IMG/VR virus record: IMGVR_UViG_3300027822_000002
From: a virus
Reading direction: 5' to 3' (one strand)
DNA length: 64,000 bases
Shown here: piece by piece, positions 60,762 to 64,000 of the stretch
How the letters are laid out: the number at the start of each line of letters is the position of its first letter
Numbering within the stretch: position 1 is the first letter of the stretch
Translations under genes and position numbers: made by a program
The notes under the pieces: generated by a model
Told to the model about the DNA's origin: nothing
Database searches by the model: none
The model's input: the letters and a program-made list of their open reading frames with translations, nothing else

Positions 60762-61496
60762 TTAAGCTAGAAACATTATGTATGCAATTATAACAGCAAT
60801 CGCCCCACCAGCATAAAACGCTAAATACCATTTACTGTTGATTTCAGGTTCTTGAACTGGTGGCATTTCGTCTTCCAAGGCAGCCTCTTCAAAAATCTCC
60901 AACTCCTCTACCAGTTCGTTTGGTTTTTCAACAGGTAAATCCGGCGGTTCTTTTGGCTCAACCGGCATCTTAGATTCGACCCAGCCCTTAGCATCAAAGT
61001 TGTGACTGTACACTGGTTTGTTTTTGTTATTTGTCTTATAGACAGGTACAATTCCGTCAGAAGAATAAACTCCATTAATCATGAGGGCAACTTCCCTCTT
61101 CCGTCTTGTTAGAATAGATGCGGGCTTTTTCCAGAACAGAATCCTCTTTTCAGCCTCCTCCATATTCCCGTCGAGAAGGTAAGGGACGAAACTTGCCTTT
61201 CTGATTCCCCCAGTGTTGTAATGGAAGTGAACCATACCATCGAACGCGTGTTGGGAAACTTCTCTATCACCAATAACAGCGTTGACCCCATTCTCATATT
61301 TGACCAAGTCTCGCATGAGGAGGTCCATACATTCCTCTACCGGCATTTCTTTTTTATAGTTTTCGGGGTTGGGCTCCCCAGCATTCCGGGTGTGCCCAAC
61401 TCCAATGGTCCATACATTCACGCTATCAAGATACCGCTTGATAACAATACCCTCTGAAGCACAAAGCTCAACTACCCCTTGAGGAGACATTTTCAT
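60762..61496 (-). CDS. glycoside hydrolase family 24 (GH24, T4-type) lysozyme with a C-terminal TM anchor
   Basis: E...D...TIGVGHT catalytic signature; C-terminal helix WYLAFYAGGAIAVIIAYIMFLA. Confidence 0.65.
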   Translation of the reverse strand: MKMSPQGVVELCASEGIVIKRYLDSVNVWTIGVGHTRNAGEPNPENYKKEMPVEECMDLLMRDLVKYENGVNAVIGDREVSQHAFDGMVHFHYNTGGIRKASFVPYLLDGNMEEAEKRILFWKKPASILTRRKREVALMINGVYSSDGIVPVYKTNNKNKPVYSHNFDAKGWVESKMPVEPKEPPDLPVEKPNELVEELEIFEEAALEDEMPPVQEPEINSKWYLAFYAGGAIAVIIAYIMFLA

Positions 61497-61883
61497 TTAA
61501 GCACCCCTATCAAACTTATAGCCAGAATTCTTTAGAACCATCATTAGGATATCTTTCCTGATTGTTGCACTAACTTCAAAACATCCAGTCTCATCATAAA
61601 ATAATGCCAGAGACATTGACCCTCTTTTAGGAACAAAGATACCAATACTTTTGGCCTTTAATGGCTTACCATATGGCATAACTCTCAGAAGTTCATCCCT
61701 GAATTTCTCCGAGTCGGGACTGAATAGGTGGATGTTATATTGTTTACTCTCCTCCCATTTCTTCATCATACTCTTATGAGTCGGAGCGCCATTGCATTCC
61801 CCCTCACGTTGAGCCCCCGGAGCCAACCCAATGTGATTGACTAAGAGAACTGAAGACAGAAGGGCAATTGCAATGATATTCAT
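61497..61883 (-). CDS. secreted protein with signal peptide
   Basis: MNIIAIALLSSVLLVNHIGLAPGA. Confidence 0.45.
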   Translation of the reverse strand: MNIIAIALLSSVLLVNHIGLAPGAQREGECNGAPTHKSMMKKWEESKQYNIHLFSPDSEKFRDELLRVMPYGKPLKAKSIGIFVPKRGSMSLALFYDETGCFEVSATIRKDILMMVLKNSGYKFDRGA

Positions 61884-61894
61884 TTTGTTATCCT

Positions 61895-62353
61895 TTACTG
61901 AAGGTTTTTAGCTTGAACATAGACAACAGTAACTACTGCCTGTCCAGCTGCTGCAACAGTACCAGTCTGATTGTAGGTGACAGTCACGGATACATCTGAA
62001 GTTCCGATGTCATCATAATTCGGAAGCTGGCTGACATCCGAAGACCCCAAAACCTTCGCAATAGAACTGACATCCAAGGCATCTGCAAAAAGATTGGCAG
62101 TAGTGCCGTCACCGATATCAAAGGTGTTGGTTGTTGCAGCATCAAATGCTACTACAACATCCACATGAAAGTCAAGAACCTGTGAGTTAGCGGGAACAAT
62201 CCCAATGACAGTTGTAGAGCCGTCTGCTGCAAAGTTCACAAGAGCACTCTGTGCCATAACCATATAACCAAGGTTAGCGGATGCGCCCTCTTTAATGTCA
62301 CCGGCCCTTACAGGACCGCTGAAAGTAGTATTTCCCATGATTTTTTTCCTCAT
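61895..62353 (-). CDS. head-associated structural protein
   Basis: Position immediately after the MCP. Confidence 0.4.
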   Translation of the reverse strand: MRKKIMGNTTFSGPVRAGDIKEGASANLGYMVMAQSALVNFAADGSTTVIGIVPANSQVLDFHVDVVVAFDAATTNTFDIGDGTTANLFADALDVSSIAKVLGSSDVSQLPNYDDIGTSDVSVTVTYNQTGTVAAAGQAVVTVVYVQAKNLQ

Positions 62354-62446
62354 GTACTAGGTTTCGTCAAGCAATCAGTACATTGTCTGCCGAGCCAGTT
62401 TGCCTGACTATCATCTCGGTATAACTATTCTACACTATTTTTAGGA

Positions 62447-62488
62447 GTAAGAAATAAAAGGAGGGGGCCTGAGGTGAGAGCCCCCTCC
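62447..62488 (-). terminator. strong intrinsic terminator GGAGGGGGC-loop-GCCCCCTCC plus UUUUAUUU
   Basis: 9 bp GC stem and a U-tract 40 nt after the MCP stop. Confidence 0.6.
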
Positions 62489-62527
62489 AGTCATCTAAGT
62501 TCCGCCCACTGATGAGGGTGGCTTAGA

Positions 62528-63436
62528 TTAAGCGGCGCCTGTAGACGCATACATTGCCAGTGGGTCACTAAAGCCAAAGCTATAGCGCTCACGAGCTTTG
62601 TACCTTGCATTACCCGTATCAAAATCTCCGTCCATCGAAGTGGACAGTGCAATACGGCTAAATTGCTTAGCACCATTCGGGCAGTCAGTCTTTACAAACC
62701 AAGCATCCGTGTCAGTGAGGTAGTGATTGATGCACCATCCTCTAGGAATAGCTTGATTGTTGCGGAGAGCGTTGATATCGTTATCCGCTGTCGCTACCCT
62801 CAGATCGGATTCAAGAATCCGAGTAGCAACAAACTGAAGAGCCGAAGGGACAATCAGTTTTACTGGACGAGCTGCAATCAAAAGACCGCGTTCATCCGTC
62901 CATGCGGCAATATCAATGACTGCCTGTTCAAGAGAAGTCTCGTTCAGATCAGCCGCAACTGCGGGGATGTTTGAGTTAGTACCACCACTCACAAGTGGAT
63001 GCGCAGCATTGAACAGACTTACACCATCGCCAGTGTTGTAAGAAGTGAACCCGTTATTCAGAGGGAACGCTGCTTTAACCTGTTTGGTGTATGCCACAGC
63101 TCTAGCAAGGGCCTTGGTATAACGCGAGGAGAGACTCTCATACAGGTTATCTTCCATTGCTTCTTCAGTAATGGAGAATCCCATAGCAATTGTCTCATGC
63201 GTATACCGAGCGGTCCATGCTTCCTGAGCATCATCATACTTGATCGCTTCGCCCTCCGGCTTGACTGGAGCAGCTGCAAAGCCTGAGAGCTTCACCTCCT
63301 CTTCAAAGCTACGCTCTGAAGTTTCCATGTCATAAATCTCTTTATGCTCGTTTTCATAAGCCTTATATTCCAGACCGAAAAGAGCGTTGAGACCGGGGAG
63401 CAGTTCTTTTAACTGTTGAGCACGACTAATAGCCAT
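62528..63436 (-). CDS. major capsid protein
   Basis: Size, composition and strong downstream terminator fit an HK97-like capsid protein. Confidence 0.5.
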   Translation of the reverse strand: MAISRAQQLKELLPGLNALFGLEYKAYENEHKEIYDMETSERSFEEEVKLSGFAAAPVKPEGEAIKYDDAQEAWTARYTHETIAMGFSITEEAMEDNLYESLSSRYTKALARAVAYTKQVKAAFPLNNGFTSYNTGDGVSLFNAAHPLVSGGTNSNIPAVAADLNETSLEQAVIDIAAWTDERGLLIAARPVKLIVPSALQFVATRILESDLRVATADNDINALRNNQAIPRGWCINHYLTDTDAWFVKTDCPNGAKQFSRIALSTSMDGDFDTGNARYKARERYSFGFSDPLAMYASTGAA

Positions 63437-63448
63437 TTTCTATTCCCC

Positions 63449-64000
63449 TTATACGCCGAGAGCAGTTTCATACTGGTGGATGCCGAAGTTCCATTTAACC
63501 AGACAATCGGTGAAAGCATCACCAACAGCAGAATCAGGACCATCAACAAAGCCAACAATACGAAGCGGCAAGGTAGCGGTTGTGTTAACAGATGACGCAC
63601 TCAAGGAGACGCGTGATTTACCATTCAAGGTATTACCGGCACCCTGCACAACCCCAGCATTGGCACCGAGCGCAGTCTGCGCTACAACACCATCAGCTTG
63701 AATCATAAACACAGCATCCGGGTCATCAAGAATGTAACCCACAGCATCATCCTCAGAAACCGTAGTATCAGCCAACCAGAAATTTTTCTGGAGAAACTGA
63801 CTCTGGTTGTCGTCGGTGAAAGAGCAACCCATGAAAATCCCAGCAGGGGTCATAGTGGTTGTTCCGGTGTCTTTTTCCATGGTTCCTGCTGTGACAATAT
63901 TCACAACATCGCCATTAAAGACATTAGTGTCATAGCCCGACGCAATCTTGATCATGCGAGTGGAGCCACAAAAGCTCTGTCCACCCAGTAGACCGATTGG
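63449..64000 (-). CDS. head protein (scaffold or decoration?), N-terminus beyond window end
   Basis: The reading frame stays open upstream of M at 63955 as far as the window edge. Confidence 0.4.
   Translation of the reverse strand, partial: PIGLLGGQSFCGSTRMIKIASGYDTNVFNGDVVNIVTAGTMEKDTGTTTMTPAGIFMGCSFTDDNQSQFLQKNFWLADTTVSEDDAVGYILDDPDAVFMIQADGVVAQTALGANAGVVQGAGNTLNGKSRVSLSASSVNTTATLPLRIVGFVDGPDSAVGDAFTDCLVKWNFGIHQYETALGV

Noticed and set aside
1-64000. Search for reverse transcriptase or diversity-generating retroelement (DGR), integrase/att pairs, and defence-island signatures
   Set aside because: No Y[AV]DD polymerase motif, tyrosine/serine recombinase, TIR/SIR2/STAND domains or toxin-antitoxin hallmark was seen by eye. 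The only att-like feature is the tRNA-like element at 5373..5443, reported as a finding.

Overview
This window is almost certainly phage DNA, with three gene blocks. The window is taken as linear; circularity and packaging ends cannot be judged. No integrase, reverse transcriptase, CRISPR array, DNA polymerase, large terminase or portal lies inside it, so the last three presumably sit outside. Protein families were assigned from motifs read by eye, not from searches.

Block 1 (1-13.5 kb, minus strand) holds many small genes. Recognisable ones are a partial membrane protein of the SPFH/band-7 family (the family that includes flotillins and HflK/C), a signal-peptide Gly/His-rich repeat protein, a protein resembling the DprA/LOG Rossmann-fold families, a phosphoribosyltransferase and a small terminase subunit (TerS). 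This block also has a tRNA-like element and a roughly 600 nt GC-rich non-coding stretch carrying repeats and G-tracts.

Block 2 (13.6-36.3 kb, mostly plus strand) is an early/replication module. It begins with a run of small membrane proteins. The aerobic cobaltochelatase subunits CobS (AAA ATPase) and CobT (von Willebrand factor A domain) follow. It then carries the primase/helicase, a RusA-like resolvase, a Cas4-like nuclease and a notable number of other nucleases. A perfect consensus sigma-70 promoter lies in the divergent intergenic region after the primase-helicase.

Block 3 (36.3-64 kb, minus strand) is the structural/lysis module. It runs from the major capsid protein (MCP) and a strong terminator through a lysozyme-holin-spanin cassette, a second endonuclease VII, fibers and a tailspike to Q/A-rich internal proteins. 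It ends with a 2196 aa giant multi-domain protein carrying an ADP-ribosyltransferase (ART) domain of the H-Y-E class and a metallopeptidase domain with an HEXXH zinc-binding motif.

Two observations stand out. An oligomer, TGCGGGG(C/T)TT, occurs about 17 times on the plus strand and about once on the minus strand, regardless of gene orientation. The first 21 residues of the MCP recur almost exactly at the N-terminus of an unrelated 158 aa early protein.
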